Below are positions 1 through 13,913 of a DNA stretch of 64,000 bases, in pieces. Positions within the stretch are counted from its first letter, which is position 1; each line of letters starts with the position of its first letter. The translations under genes and the position numbers were made by a program. The notes under the pieces were generated by a model. It ran no database searches. It saw only the letters and a program-made list of their open reading frames with translations, and had not been told where the DNA came from. This DNA is from Octopus vulgaris (Eukaryota). The DNA lies in the NCBI GenBank assembly GCA_951406725.2, contig OX597820.1:4278001-4342000 (forward strand). Reading direction: 5' to 3'.

Positions 1-598
1 TTGGAATGAAGGACACTGCTTGTATGACAGGGACGCTTATTTACAACCACCATGCACTATCAAGGCAAGGATAAGTACACACACATGTAAGATAGACTTC
101 TTTCAGATTCCTCCTATGAAATCTGTTCACAAGGTTTTGGTTGGTTTGGAGTTATCACAAATGACTCTTACCCAAGATTCCATATATCAGGATTGAATCT
201 GACGCCATGTGGCTGGGAAGCAAATCTCTTACCAAGCAGCCACTTGTGGCTTGGAAAAATATTTTTTTTTTTCTGTATTGAAAATATATTCCAATCAGCT
301 GCCCTAGATTTTGAAAACGACATCCTTACAAATGGAATATTCTTCAGTGCTACACTCAAGCAGACCCCTCTCCTTTACAAATGGAATAACCCTCACTTTT
401 GTTGCCATTGTAATGTGTCCAGTTTTCAAAAATTACCTAATTTAAAAATTTCAAGGATTTGAAACCTTGTGAACAGATTTCATAGGAGGGATCTGAAAGA
501 AGTCTATCTTACATGTGTGTGTACATATCCTTGCCTTGATAGTGCATGGTGGTTGTAAATAAGCGTCCCTGTCATACAAGCAGTGTCCTTCATTCCCA
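1..598. repeat. Near-identical inverted repeat (arms 1-136 and 462-598, ~325-bp spacer); left arm cut by the window edge
   Basis: Reverse complement of 462-598 matches 1-136 (GGAATGAAGGACACTGCTTGTATGACAGGGACGC...CTGTTCACAAGGTTT) with only about 3 differences. Confidence 0.9.
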
Positions 599-2619
599 AT
601 CTTCTGAAGAAACATGTCTGGCCATGGGGAAATATTACCTGGCTTGGAAACAGGTAAGGGTTGGTGACAGGAAGGGCGTCTGGCAGTAAGAAATCGGCCT
701 AAAAAAATTCTGTCTGATTCTTGCAAGCTTGGAAAAGTGAATGCTAAACAATGATGAGGATGAAGACAATATAGGATTTTTTTTACTTGTTTCAGTTATT
801 AGACTGTGGCCATGCTGGAGCACCACTTTGAAGGGCTTTTAGTGGAACAAGTTGACCCCAGTGCGCTAAGTTACAAAGATGTAAACCCACCATCACCAGT
901 TGTCAAGCAGTGAAGGGGAACAAACATAAAAACAGACACACACACACACACAATTGCATATAACAAGTTTCTTTTGGTTTCCACTTATGAAATCAATTCA
1001 CGGGACTGAACCTGGAACCATGAGTTTAGGAAGCAAACTTCTTACCATACAGCCATGCCCTGCACCTATTGTATAAACAATATATCAATACGGACAATAT
1101 ATGATAATATATGTAAACACTCCATCTCTGAAGATAACGATTAACAAAACAATCGTAAGCATAGATTATGGTTGGGATGCACGGGCAAAAGTTTACATGT
1201 CTTTGTAATCTAGAATAAAGATAATTATCAACTAATTAGTGGAGTTTTAACAACTGTTGTTATGGTTACACAAAGAGAGATATGATATATGGAGATATTG
1301 AAGAACTTTATTTAAATTGGTTAATCAATGGAAACTATTAATTAGGAGATTCAAACATATTTTACATTGATCCGTCTGCAAAATGGTGATTATAAAGAGA
1401 CAAAGAGGAACACAGTGCAGCTTTATAGGGATGCGGCATGGATGGATCACTAATCTATTGGTTAGAGTACCGTAATATTACGCAACAGAGCTCCAAGTGC
1501 AGGGGAACAACAGTTGCATTTGGACTGCGTCCATTTGGCCTGCCTTTACTGCGGCCATCACCAAACTCTGTGCAACATACAGAAAGAAGCTGGACAAAGG
1601 ATTGAGCAAACTGTCAAAGGCAAGATGGTGGTCATTAGCCTGATGGAGAAGTAGTATAACGAGGAAGGTGGGACTAAGAATCCTATCTTAATATTTGATT
1701 AAGTAATTATGTCCCACAGGATTGCCAGATTAAGATTGCCTTGGGACGACACAATTACAGCAGCAGAAATTTAGTACATCATGAACCTATTACATCACTA
1801 ACGTCATCATCATCATCGTTTAACGTCCGCTTTCCATGCTAGCATGCGTTGGATGGTTTGACTGAGGGCTGGCGAACCAGATGGCTGCACCAGGCTCCAG
1901 TCTGATCTGGCAGTGTTTCTACAGTACAGAGTGTACTGGGTGCTTTTTACGTGCCACAGGCTATTGTTAACCCGTTAATCCACTCGGCTATTACATCTCT
2001 CACCTATTGCATCATCATCATTTAATGTCTGTTTTCCATGCTGGCATGTGTTGGTCGGTCTGACAGGAACTGGCATGGCTGGAGAGCTGCACCAGGCACC
2101 GATTGTCTGAATTGACCTGGTCTCTACAGCTGGATGCCTTTCCTAATGCCAACCACTTTACAGAATGTGCTGGGTGCTTTCTATGTGGCACTGGCACCAG
2201 TGAGGTTGCCAAATAACTTGCAAAACAATATACGTAACAGTGTTAATCTTTACAACACAGCCCTTCTTAAACATGTCCTGTAAACACTAAAGACATCTTG
2301 CTGTATCATATATATATATATTCATATATATGTGACTGCACCATCATCCAAGCAGCATCATTTATTTCCAATGGTGCACGAAAATATGCCCAACCATGGG
2401 AAAATATTACCTTGCTTGGAAATATATGAGGATTGTCAATCCAAAGGGTGTTTGGCTCGAAAAAAATCTGTCTCAATGAATTCATCTAACCCATGCAAGC
2501 ATGGCACAAAATGGATAGCTGGCATTGGTTGGATGGGTGTTATGGTCTGAGCCCTCATTTAGGGTTCCTTCTCTCCAACACAGGTCAGTGGAGCATATTC
2601 CACATGTACAGACCATTGT

Positions 2620-2900
2620 GGGCTTGGTTTCTATCGCCTGCCCAACAAACGACGATGCCGTGGTGATCTCATTCTTGCTCACAACATCATAAGCGGAAAG
2701 TGTAACTTCTCGAAAGAGCTGTTCTTCACTCCTGCTCCAGAGCGTCGGTTGCGGGGTCACTCCGAAAAGCTCTATTTGCGATGATTTCATCTCAATTGAA
2801 GGAGAGGGGCTTTCTCCGTAGAATAAGTTGCTGGACGAGATAGTGAAGATGCCGACGACCGCTTGGTTCAAAGTCTCCGTTGACTAGAAATGGCCCGAAC
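2620..2900 (+). mobile_element. CR1/L2-group LINE 3' remnant (degenerate ORF2 C-terminus)
   Basis: + frame reads KRRCRGDLILAHNIISGK...ERRLRGHSEKLYLR*FHLN*RRGAFSV, matching the CR1-type RRxRGDL...TRGH..KL...R..FFS motif; contains stops. Confidence 0.75.
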
Positions 2901-3134
2901 TCTTTACATGAACACCACCCTGTACATAACTCCATGTCCCCCTACATGGCCTTGCTTTTTGCTTTTTGAGCCAAAAAATTAACTTAACTTAACACCAAAC
3001 ACTTTACAGTGTAATATATATATCAGAACAGGAGACTGGAAAAAATCATTTATTCACCATTACGTGTTTCATTTGCTAATAAGAGTTCAGGAGTTACAAA
3101 ACTGTACATGTAAGATATCTCTACACCACATGCC

Positions 3135-3213
3135 CACGGGCTTATAGAGTAGTGCTTAAGAGTGTGGGCTACTAACCCCAAGATTCCGAGTTCGATTCCA
3201 GGCAGTGACCTGC

Positions 3214-3265
<52 letters not shown>

Positions 3266-3421
3266 CAACAATAATAACATCGAAAAATGCCTTAAGAATG
3301 AGAACCCAGGTTCAAAATTTTCCCAAGATACCTGGTGAAGGTTGGAGGGTATATCAGCCGAAACATTGTGTTAACAACAAAGAAGATGAGGACAAATATC
3401 CGTCAAATATAAATAATGTAA
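3135..3421 (+). mobile_element. tRNA-derived SINE: pol III head + (AAT)n + hammerhead-containing tail (uninterrupted copy)
   Basis: A-box-like AGAGTAGTGC and B-box GAGTTCGATTCC, (AAT)n at ~3215-3277, tail homologous to 50321-50475 including a degenerate hammerhead at 3327-3372. Confidence 0.75.
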
Positions 3422-3789
3422 GATACCTCTAATTAGAATTTTTTTTTAAACAGAGAATTCCAATTTCCTATTTTGATTTGTAATTACTCTGCAGAAACTA
3501 TTTCCCAGCATTTTCCAACTCTTGTGCATGCCTCACACAAATATAACATCTGCATACAACTTTGGGATACTGGAGTAAGCAGACATGATTCAAAAGGACA
3601 CAGCTTGGATTATAACCTTATCTACATAATTATATATATATAAAGGTGTGTGTAGATATATATTTACTGGTGAAAAAAAACCAAACAGATTGGGAAAGCT
3701 CTCAGCCAGATTAACATGCAAAGGTTTAAAATCATTTCTGATCTACGAAGAAATAAAACCGAGCCACTGTTGCCCACCCCCCAACACAC

Positions 3790-4760
3790 TTCAGATGCTA
3801 TAAAGCTGATTTCCATCTTAAGCCATCAATTAAACACATCAATATCGCTAAAACTAACATAGGGATAATAAGCAATCGTTTATTAGGTAGAATAATTACT
3901 GCCGTTTACAACATAGCTTTCTGGCCTCTTTGAAATAATAACCTATAAGTTATTTATTGATCCAGATGAGAATAGTATGAAATTCTTTCAATTTAATCTT
4001 AAAGACAACTAAGTCTCTCTTTTGCACTAAATCTACACAACCCAAACACTATTAACTTCACCAGGTCAATCACTCATAGAACTAACCTTGAAACGGAAAT
4101 CATTTTGCACACATGCCAAACCTTGAGCAATTATAACAACTCTGTATGGATTAATAAACAGTTTAATTCACCTTTCATGATTATAATAGAGGATGGAGGA
4201 GAGTCTAAAAGACATGGCAGAAATTAGCGATCTTATTGGTCAGTATATATTACACAACTTAAAAATGGTCTTCTCTGACGTTAAAAGCAGTCTTTATAGA
4301 GATGATGGTTTATTGATCTTGAAAGAATTGCAATCCACAAACCAATCCTGATTCAGAATACACTTACCCTTTGTGAAAACATAGGATAACAAATCACAAT
4401 CGATAACAATCTTCTAAAGCTAACTTCCAGAACATCACCTTTGGGTTTGTTTTATATTTCCTTTACCATAAATTAAATGAATCTTTGAACTATGTAAGTA
4501 CTCAAATCTTTTGGGGGAATATTCCTAATCTTTCTTAAACTGTCCCCACTTTCTGATAATAAGCAAATCTTCACAGGTTCCTCTTAAATTTAAACAATAC
4601 CCTATCTAGAAACAGGTTCAAATACAGAAGCACTTGCATTGAATACAAACCTGGACTTACATAAATTTAGAAAAAGAAATGTCGGCCGGTTTAATTCCCT
4701 ATTTGATATCACTGTGGCTACTACAGTGGCTAAGGAATTTTAAAATTAGTTAACATAAGT
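3790..4760 (+). mobile_element. Penelope-like element (PLE) reverse transcriptase remnant
   Basis: Translated patches KADFHLKPSIKHINIAKTNIGIIS, MAEISDLIGQYILHNL...SSLYRDDGLLIL (YRDD at 4295-4306) and KRNVGRFNSLFDITVATTVAKEF match PLE motifs (RLINPAKSEIG; GAEVCELVG...GLYRDDG; RNIIWFNPP); frameshifted. Confidence 0.75.
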
Positions 4761-5021
4761 ACTACCAATTTTTTATCAAAAAACATGATTGAAATTTCAT
4801 ATTTTTCTAACATATTAGTTATCTGAAACCTTGCAAAACTAAACCATAACACAAACCAATGCGATTGCATTGACCTTAATATGTGCATCTTATTGTTTGG
4901 TGATGCATTGTTAATACCTCCAAAGCTCACATGGAAATTACTTCTAACCCCTTCAAAGTTTCATATAATTCATACATCTCCTCTTTTAGAAACCTTCAGA
5001 AGAGAAACCAAGCTTCATCAA

Positions 5022-5242
5022 CCCTTTCTTTACCATATTTCTGTTGAGATGCTCTGTGTTGCTTTCAATTAATTTTAAATATAACAAAGAATTTAGTAAA
5101 AAAACTTAGTTATCATTCAGCCAGTGTTAGGAACATAAATTGTGACTAAGGTTTGGTGGAAGATTTTAATTCAGAACTTATGAAAACAAGACATTTGTAC
5201 TCAGAACCAGAGGCAGTTTCAGCAGGGTTGATATCGAAGGGG
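5022..5242. mobile_element. piggyBac-type MITE A
   Basis: CCC...GGG termini flanked by TCAA and TTAA; same family as 5274-5799. Confidence 0.7.
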
Positions 5243-5273
5243 TTAAGAATTGTTTCTCTGTTATATATTTTAA

Positions 5274-5799
5274 CCCTTTTGTTACCATATTTCTGTTGAG
5301 ATGCTCTGTGTTGCTTTCAATTACTTTAAATATAACAAAAAGAATTTAGTAAAATAACTTATCTTTAAGCTAGTGTTAGGAACATACTGGCTTCTGTGCC
5401 GGTGGCACATAAAAAGCACCATCCGAACGTGGCCGATGCCAGCGCTGCCTTGACTGGCTTCCATGCCGGTGGCACGTTAAAAGCACCAACCAATCGTGGC
5501 CAATGCCAGCCTCCCCTGGCACCTGTGCTGGTGGCACATAAAAAGCACCCACTACACTCGCGGAGTGGTTGGCGTTAGGAAGGACATCCAGCTGTAGAAA
5601 CACTGCCAGATCAGACTGGAGCCTGGTGCAGCCCCTGGCTTCCCAGACCCTGGTCGAACCGTCCAACCCGTGCTAGCGCGGAAAACGGATGTTAAACGAT
5701 GATGATGTTTGATGGAAGATTTTAATTCAAAACTTTTGAAAACAAGACATTTGTACTACAGAGCCAGAGCCGGTTTCAGCTGGGTTGGTATTGAAAGGG
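5274..5799. mobile_element. piggyBac-type MITE (same family as A) interrupted by an RTE 3'-end copy at 5387-5707
   Basis: TTAA|CCCTTT...AAAGGG|TTAA; colinear with 5022-5242 on both sides of the insert. Confidence 0.75.
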
Positions 5800-5803
5800 T
5801 TAA

Positions 5804-6022
5804 CCCTTTAGTATTTAAACCGGCCATATCCGGCCAAAATAGCTAATCTGTTTTATGTTCAAACTGACCAGATCCAGGCCCTCACACCTACCCTACAATG
5901 TTATTCTACATTAAGTAATTACACCATCAAGATCTTGAAGATATGAGATAATGCATGATTAATTCAAATCAATGGGAATCAATAGGCATTATGTTTGATA
6001 GAATAATCTGAACACTAAAGGG
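5804..6022. mobile_element. piggyBac-type MITE, second family, sharing the TTAA at 5800-5803
   Basis: TTAA|CCCTTTAGT...ACTAAAGGG|TTAA terminal inverted repeats; partial homolog at 19929-20088. Confidence 0.75.
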
Positions 6023-6940
6023 TTAAACAACTCCAACCAGAAAAAGACTGACATTTTGCAGTTTAGACTGGGAAATCTTAAGTCAGACTCTAAAGTAGGA
6101 ATAAGAAGCCCTGTAATATTGGTGCTGCCCAGAGAATTTGGAAATATTATTCACCAAAGATTTAACCTTGAATTGGCTACTCTGGAAGGGCTACCTTCTA
6201 CATTCACAGAACTTTTTGGATAAATATTTCCAACCTGGTAATTTTCCTCAGTTAACCTTATTTTCACCATTCCATTTCTTTTTTGCCAAACTGCTAAATT
6301 ACAAGGATGTAAACAAACCAGCTCTGGTTGTCGAGCGGTGGGGGAGAAGGTGACACAAGACACACACAGACATATATACACACATATACAATGGGCTTCC
6401 ACACAGTTCCCATCACCACAATTTATATGCAAGGCATTGGTCAGCCCAAGGCCATAGTAGAAGACACTGGCTAAAGGTGCTGTGCATTGGAGCTGAACCC
6501 CAAACCATGTGCAAAGCAAGTTGCTTAACCACAGAGCCATACTGCATACAATTCTTTTCCCTGTTATATAATTATTCATCCCATTTCTTTTTACTTATTT
6601 AGTTAGCTCTTTTAGTATAATTTATTCTATTTCATAATAATTTCACTTCTTTTAAAATTATTTTAACATGATTCCACCCCACCGCATTTTACTGACATAA
6701 TTATTTAATATAAATGTAATATTCATATTATATATTTTAGAGTAGTTTACAAGAAGCATTGTCTGATAGAAATGCTTTTAATTTTTTTAGAAAGACAAAA
6801 CAATGTGATTTACTAGAAATGAGTCAATGGTTTGTACTTTCATTTTATATTTCAATATTTTGGGGTTAAAACCTCTTCTTCAGGAAATCCTCAGAGATTT
6901 GGTGTTGCAAGCTAGCTTTTCTATTCTGCAGTGTGTATAT

Positions 6941-7245
6941 TATCATCGCTTAATGTCCGTTTTCCATGCTAGCATGGGTTGGACGGTTCAACTGGGGTCT
7001 GGGAAGCCAGAAGGCTGCACCAGGCCCAGTCTCATCTGGCAATGTTTCTACGGCTGGATGCCCTTCCTAACGCCAACCACTCCATGAGTGTAGGTGGGTG
7101 CTTTTTACGTGCCACCGGCACAGGTGCCAGGCGAGGCTGGCAACGGCCATGAATGGATGGTGCCACCAGCACGAGGCCAGTCGGGGCGGCGCTGACAACG
7201 GCCATGTTCGGATGGTTCTCTTATGTGCCACCAGCACTGGTATCT
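6941..7245 (-). mobile_element. RTE-LINE 3'-end copy or RTE-derived SINE
   Basis: Reverse complement of the 3' UTR of the RTE at 35020-36915 (CCAACCCATGCTAGCATGGAAA.CGGAC.TTAA.CGATGAT). Confidence 0.85.
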
Positions 7246-7591
7246 CAGAATATATATATATATATATATATATGGAAAGTAGCCTTGCATGTACAGGTTA
7301 GTGTTGCTATAATAGCCAGTCAGCTTGGTTCTGTTGTTATTAATAACTTATTTTATTGTTTTGTTTTTTTAATACTTAAATGTCACTTTCCCCAACCTGC
7401 TGCCTACTCTCATCTGTTTTCAAGCAAAGATTTCTTCTTGGTTGGACATATTTTCATGAAAGACAGGAAACAAAGAACATTGTTCGCATAACAGTGACAA
7501 TTCACATGATGTCAAGTGAGCACACAGAAACGCACACACTGACACACCAACATACACAGCCATCTCTCTCTCATACATATATATATATATA

Positions 7592-8909
7592 CTAGCAGAG
7601 ATACCCGGTGTTGCCCGTGTTACATACAATTGAAGAATTAGGCTTTTATGTTATATTTTCTGTAATGAACTGGAATATCTATGTTTCGGATGTCATCAAA
7701 ATTGCAGATCAGGGTTATTTCCCTCTTTACACACCCACCAAAAAATTGTAATTGTGCCTCATGTATCCCATACTACTGATTTTTATGCGCATATTCCAAA
7801 ATTCCAGTCTTATTGAAGCTGTTAAAAAGATTTTGCTCCTGAAAAATGAAGGTCATGGAGCTCTGAAATGTGAGAGTTAAGGCCTCTGTTGGGGGTGGGC
7901 ATCTTAATGTCAACCAGAGAAGTTGAATTGTTGAGAATCTTTTTTACTTGGGTCTTATATCTATTGTTTGAATTTCTTTGAAATAGGAAATATATGTTCA
8001 CTGGGTTTGTAAAAGAGAGCAAAGCTACTGGAAACCAAAAGACGAATGATCACAATAAGCAGTCAGTTACCCTACCCTAGTCGTTACCACTCCCAAAGTA
8101 GGATTCCTCACCATCCAGGTGACAGGCACAGCCATAAGATGCATTACGAATCTATAGCAATTGGAATAAACATTAACATGTGTGTGACATGAGGACTAAG
8201 GAGAAATGAAGGTGTCACCTCTGGAGTTTGCAAATGACCTCTATACTGATACGTAACTGGACAGAATAAATTTACAATCTATAAATGTCATTGAATAATC
8301 TGTCACTCATCTGGGAAAGCCTTGAAATCAATGTTACCATCTGGGGACTATGTGTGACCCAGTGATAATAAAAAGACTGAAAGGAGGTCTGCAATCAAAT
8401 AACTTTACTCAACACTTTGCAACTGAATCAGTGGAGACAAAGATGCCTCTCACTTACTTGACAATTTATGCAGCACATTGCAGAAATCACAATCTAAGTA
8501 TATGTTAAAGAAAACTGTTACACTGTTGTACCATTGAATTACAAATAATGCTCATCTTTTATGCTCGGGTAACCCTAGCTTCCAAGAGCACAACTGTATT
8601 CGTTTTTGCTTAGATAAAATGACAAAATTGTGGGTGTTAAGTCCCCATGGAGGGGGTCTTCGTAACTTGTAAGAAGATGAAATTTTATAAATATTAATTC
8701 ATTTGTGTCTAATATCTATGGTTAAAATTTCCTCAACAGCAAAAATATATGAATTGTCATGGGGGTAGTGGCCCTTATGCATAGAATATAATTTCCAAAT
8801 TTCATAAAGATCCATTCAGTACTTTTGACGTAATTTTGGATCATAAAAGAAATTACTAAAATTTGGGAGTTAAGGCCCCCATAAGGGTGTTTATATATAT
8901 ATATATAGA
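7592..8909 (-). mobile_element. Non-autonomous Helitron (probable)
   Basis: Minus-strand 3' end CGGGCAACACCGGGTATCTCTGCTAG|T (same terminal motif as 21481-21508); plausible TC(TA)n 5' end near 8909; interior not resolved. Confidence 0.55.
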
Positions 8910-9513
8910 GACAGAGAGAGAGAGATAGAGATACACACACACATACAAAGATAAATTGATAGATACAACTGCGAGGGCAAACAAAAATATGAGACAGCCT
9001 AATGCTTTTTTTATGTTGATAAGCCTGGTACTTATTCTATCAGTTCCTTCTTGTGAAACCAGTAAGTTATGGGGATGTAAATAAACGAACACCAGTTGTG
9101 AAGCAGTGATGAGGGAGAAACACAAAGACACACACATAGACTTACATATCTACATACATATATATACGATTGATTTCATTCAGTTTCTGTCTACAAAATC
9201 CACTGACAAGGCTTTGGTTGGTCTGAGGCTTTAGCAGAAGACACATGCCAAGTCAACACACAGGGGGACTGAACTCAGGACCATGTGTTTTGGAACCAAG
9301 TTTGTTACCACACAGCCACACCTGTACCTATGTATGTGTGTGTGTGGGGTGTGTGTATGTGTGTATATATATGTGTACATATTACATCTATATATATATA
9401 TACATCTACACATACATGTATACATATACATCTATATCTATAGAAATACATCTATACATATACAGCTATGCATATACGTGTATACATATACAGCTATACA
9501 TATACATGCATAC

Positions 9514-9544
<31 letters not shown>

Positions 9545-9553
9545 TACACATCC

Positions 9554-9585
<32 letters not shown>

Positions 9586-9607
9586 CCATATATATACATG
9601 TATATAT

Positions 9608-9850
9608 ATATGTCAGGCATGTGGAAGAGAGTGTAATTCGACAGGAAGACTTAAACGACATGCAAAGGTACATGAAGCCCAGTTACAACTACAGCCGGAT
9701 ATTATCAGTAAAGGTTTTAGTTGCCAATTTTGTACAAGACATTGTAGATCTTGAGACGGGCTAAAAAGTCACATTCGATCAAGCACCACCAATAACAGTT
9801 AAGCTTCGTGCAATGGTCTTACTCGACAACGAGGGGGCAGCCATAATAAT
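9608..9850 (+). mobile_element. RTE (BovB-like) LINE 3' fragment with C2H2-like fingers
   Basis: [22 protein letters not shown]...[20 protein letters not shown], followed by a short tail (ACTCGACAACGAGGGGGCAGCCATAATAAT) embedded in (TA)n; internal stop. Confidence 0.55.
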
Positions 9851-10589
9851 ATATATATATATATATTTATATATACATCCATATATACACATGTATACAT
9901 ATATATATTTATATGTACATCTATATGTATACATCTATCTATCTATCTATCTATATATATATATATATATATATACATGTAAATTAAAAATAATAAGGGT
10001 GAAAAATTGAATATTAATTTGATTAATATGAATTGAAAACCAGTAGTGTAGCATATAAGACCATAGCAGATCTTCTTCTAGCAAAATGGGTGTCCACTGT
10101 TAATGGTTCATCCCTCTTATATAATACTTTCACTTTATTAGTTTCAGTATTAAAGTGAAAGTGTCTGACATTACAATAGAGAGATGTTTTAATTTCACTT
10201 TTAACACGTAATACTGAAATAGTGGAGAAGATATGATATTGCTGTTGGCTCGCCCTGGGCTAGAAGTTAAAAAATGTTTTTGCCCATGACACTACATGAC
10301 CCCTAAGTAAGGCAAGTGTAAAATTTGAATGAAATTGGTTGTGTAGTTCTCAAGTTTTAGGGATTCAGACAGACAGACACATTCTCAGTTTTATATATAT
10401 ATATATATATTCTTTTATTCTTTTACTTGTTTCAGTCACTTTGACTGCGGCCTTGCTGGAGCACCACCTTTAGTCGAGCAAATTGACTCCAGGACTTATT
10501 CTATCGGTCTCTTTTCCCAAACTGCTAAGTTACAGGAACGTAAACGCACCAGCATCAGTTGTCAAGCGATGTTGGGGGGAACAAACACA

Positions 10590-10592
10590 GAC

Positions 10593-10625
<33 letters not shown>

Positions 10626-10810
10626 CATACATATATATATATACATACATATATATATATACATACATACATATATATATACATACATATATATATATAC
10701 ATACATACATATATATATACATACATACAATATATATATATATACATACATACATATATATATACATACATACATATATATACATACATACATATATACA
10801 TACATACATA

Positions 10811-10883
<73 letters not shown>

Positions 10884-10978
10884 ACATACATATATATATA
10901 TATATACATACATATATACATACATATATATATATACATACATATATATATATATATACATACATATATACATACATA

Positions 10979-11026
<48 letters not shown>

Positions 11027-11140
11027 CATACATATATATATACATACATACATGTATATATATGTATGTACATATGTATGTATATATACATACATATATA
11101 TACATGTATGTATGTATATATATATGTATGTATATGTATG

Positions 11141-11178
<38 letters not shown>

Positions 11179-11215
11179 TATATATATATACACATACATA
11201 TATATATATATAGAC
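10590..11215. repeat. Compound (TA)n/(TACA)n microsatellite inside a tRNA-SINE copy (~10410-11650, minus)
   Basis: Direct reading; it produces all the YI/HT-rich ORFs here. Confidence 0.95.
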
Positions 11216-12144
11216 ACACACAAATAATAAGAAAATGGAGAAAACCTCAGATTAACAAACACATCAACTGGAGCACATTTATAGTTTATTTGTAAATACA
11301 AAGCATGACATAACAAATAGGTGACGCAACAATATGGTCGTTTCCGCATCCAAACGCTGTCTATAAATAATTGCAAAAATAAAATTCTTCATCTCCAATG
11401 CCCGGTGATAACACAGGTAATGGATACGGATAGTACATACAGATATTCTATCCTTTAGTCGGTTATTACAACTTGCTAACTCTGTTTACACATACACACA
11501 CACACACATATATGACAAGCTTCTTTCAGTTTCCATTTACCAAATCCAATCACAAGACTTTGATCTGCCCAAGGCTATAATAGAAGACATTTTCCCAAAG
11601 TGAACCCAGAATTGTGTAATTGGTAAGCAAGCTACTTACCACACAGCTACTCTCTCTCTCTATATATATATAAAAATTGATATCATCATTATCATTTAAT
11701 GTCCACTTTCCATGCTGGCAAGGATTGGATAGTTTTGACATGGAGCTAGCCAGCCAGGGAGCTGTTCAGATGCCACTTGTCTCTTGAGGCATGGTTTCTA
11801 CAGTTGGATGCCTTTCCTAACGCCAACCAATTTACAGAGTGTGCTGGGTGCTTTTCACATGCCACCAGCATGGGTGTCTATTTTATGTGGCACTGGTACC
11901 TGTAAAGGACAAGCCTGCCCGTAAGGATGACAGCAATTTTACATAGCTTGGACATGTCTTCTCAAGTATAGCAAATCGCCACAACTCCTGCTCTCTCGTC
12001 ATTTCCACAAAGAGTCCCAGCATCTGAAGATCTTTTCTCACCACTTTGTCCCACAACATCCAACCACTTTGTCCCACAACCCTAACCCCTTCTACAGGTT
12101 CCCCTCCACAATTAGAACTCAGCACTTCTTTATGCAGCTGTCCC

Positions 12145-12194
<50 letters not shown>

Positions 12195-13627
12195 TGGTTG
12201 CATAAGATTTGGGTAAAAACATTGTAGAATGCTATGCAAAGCTCATCCATCGTTATTGGCTATCTGATGTCATCATACAGTGGAAATGCTCTTGATACTA
12301 GATATACATCAGGAATTATAACTCTATATCCGTAGAGTTTATATAAATATATAAATAACAGAAAATGGAATGACTGACATTTTTTGTGAGAAAACAATTG
12401 AAATGATTTTAAATAAAGAATACCATTCATTCCATTTTCTACCATTTATGTCTCCCTCTCACATTATATATATAAAATGGGCTTCTTTCAGTTTTCATCT
12501 ACCAAATCCACTTACAAGATTTTGGTCAGCCTGAGGCCATAGAAGGCAGTGGCCCAAGGTGCTGTGCAGTGGGACTGAACTTGAGAACATTTCAATTTAT
12601 AAATCCTTTAACTTATTCAATCATTTTGCTCTTTAAACAATTTTTTTTCAAGTGATTCGCTTTGTAAATGATGATGATGATGACGACGATGATTCTTCTT
12701 CTCCTCCTCCTCCTTCTAATCTCTTTATTTCTTTTTCTTTTGCTTGTTTCGGACATTTCATAGCAGCCATGCTGGGGCACTATCGTGAAGAATCTTTGAT
12801 CAAATGAATCAGCCCCAGGACTTAATTTTTTTGAAAGCCAAGTACTTATTCCATTGGTCCCCTTTGCTGAACTGCCAAGTCACAGGGATGTAAACACACA
12901 AACACAGGTTGTCCAATGATAGTGGGCATTAATGATAGACACACAGGCACACACAATGGGTTCCTTTCAGTTTCCATCTTACCAGATCCATTGACAAGGC
13001 TTTGGTTGGCCAGAGACTATCAAAGACACTTGCCCAAAAGCCATAGAATGGAACTGAACCCGGGACCATGTAGTTGGGAAGTAAACTTCTTACCACACAG
13101 CCACATTTGCACCTGTAATCATCATTATTCAAATTTTAACACACCCTGTATTGAGTACTTCTGATTGTGGCTAATTTCAATAAAGGTACCGATACGGTCT
13201 GGCTTGGTTGTGTGATTAACGCATTCACTTCTCAAACATGTAGCATCAGTTCAGTGCCACTGCGTGCTACTTCGGTTAGGTACCACAGCTCCAGACTGGC
13301 CAATGCTGTGTGGCAGAATTAGGTAGATGGAAGCTGAAAGCGCTCTGTTGCATGTGTGCATGTGTGTATGAATGTCTAAAGCTGTGTGGGAGTTGGCAGC
13401 AGTGATGTCAACTGTTTGTGACTGGGCTTCAGCTTGTGATGCCAGTTGACATTTCCAGTCAAGAAATCTTACCCTATCTCTGCACTTTCAAATTTTCCTG
13501 GAACTAAAATTTCCTTCCTTAAAAAGCAGGTACGGGCTGGCAACAAAAGGGTCCTGCCTTAATTACCTCCAGCTTTAACCCTTGCCAGCATGGAAAAACA
13601 AATATTAAATTAACAAATAAATAACAT

Positions 13628-13865
13628 TATTATGTTGGGTCCAAAGTTTTGCATTATTTTGCAAACTCTTTTATTCTTTTATTTGTTTCAGTCATTTGAC
13701 TGCGGCCATGCTGGAGCACCGCCTTCAGTCAAGCAAATCGACCTCAGGACTTATTCTTTGCCCTGGTATTTATTCTATCGGTTTCTCTTGCTGAACCGCT
13801 AAGTTACGGGGGACGTAAACACACCAGCATCGGTTGTCAAGTGATGTTGGGGGGAACAAACATAT

Positions 13866-13913
<48 letters not shown>

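Noticed and set aside
2482-2871. 129-aa minus-strand ORF with an upstream acceptor-like TTTCTAG
   Set aside because: It is the antisense of a CR1-type LINE C-terminus recognisable on the + strand.
9608-9780. Host C2H2 zinc-finger gene exon
   Set aside because: No TGEKP linkers, an internal stop, no splice sites, and a LINE-like tail within (TA)n.
10483-11376. Long YI/HT/MYVC-rich ORFs (also ~9245-10010, 45054-46974, 53589-55400 and in the array)
   Set aside because: Stop-free translations of (TA)n/(TATG)n/(CA)n microsatellites.
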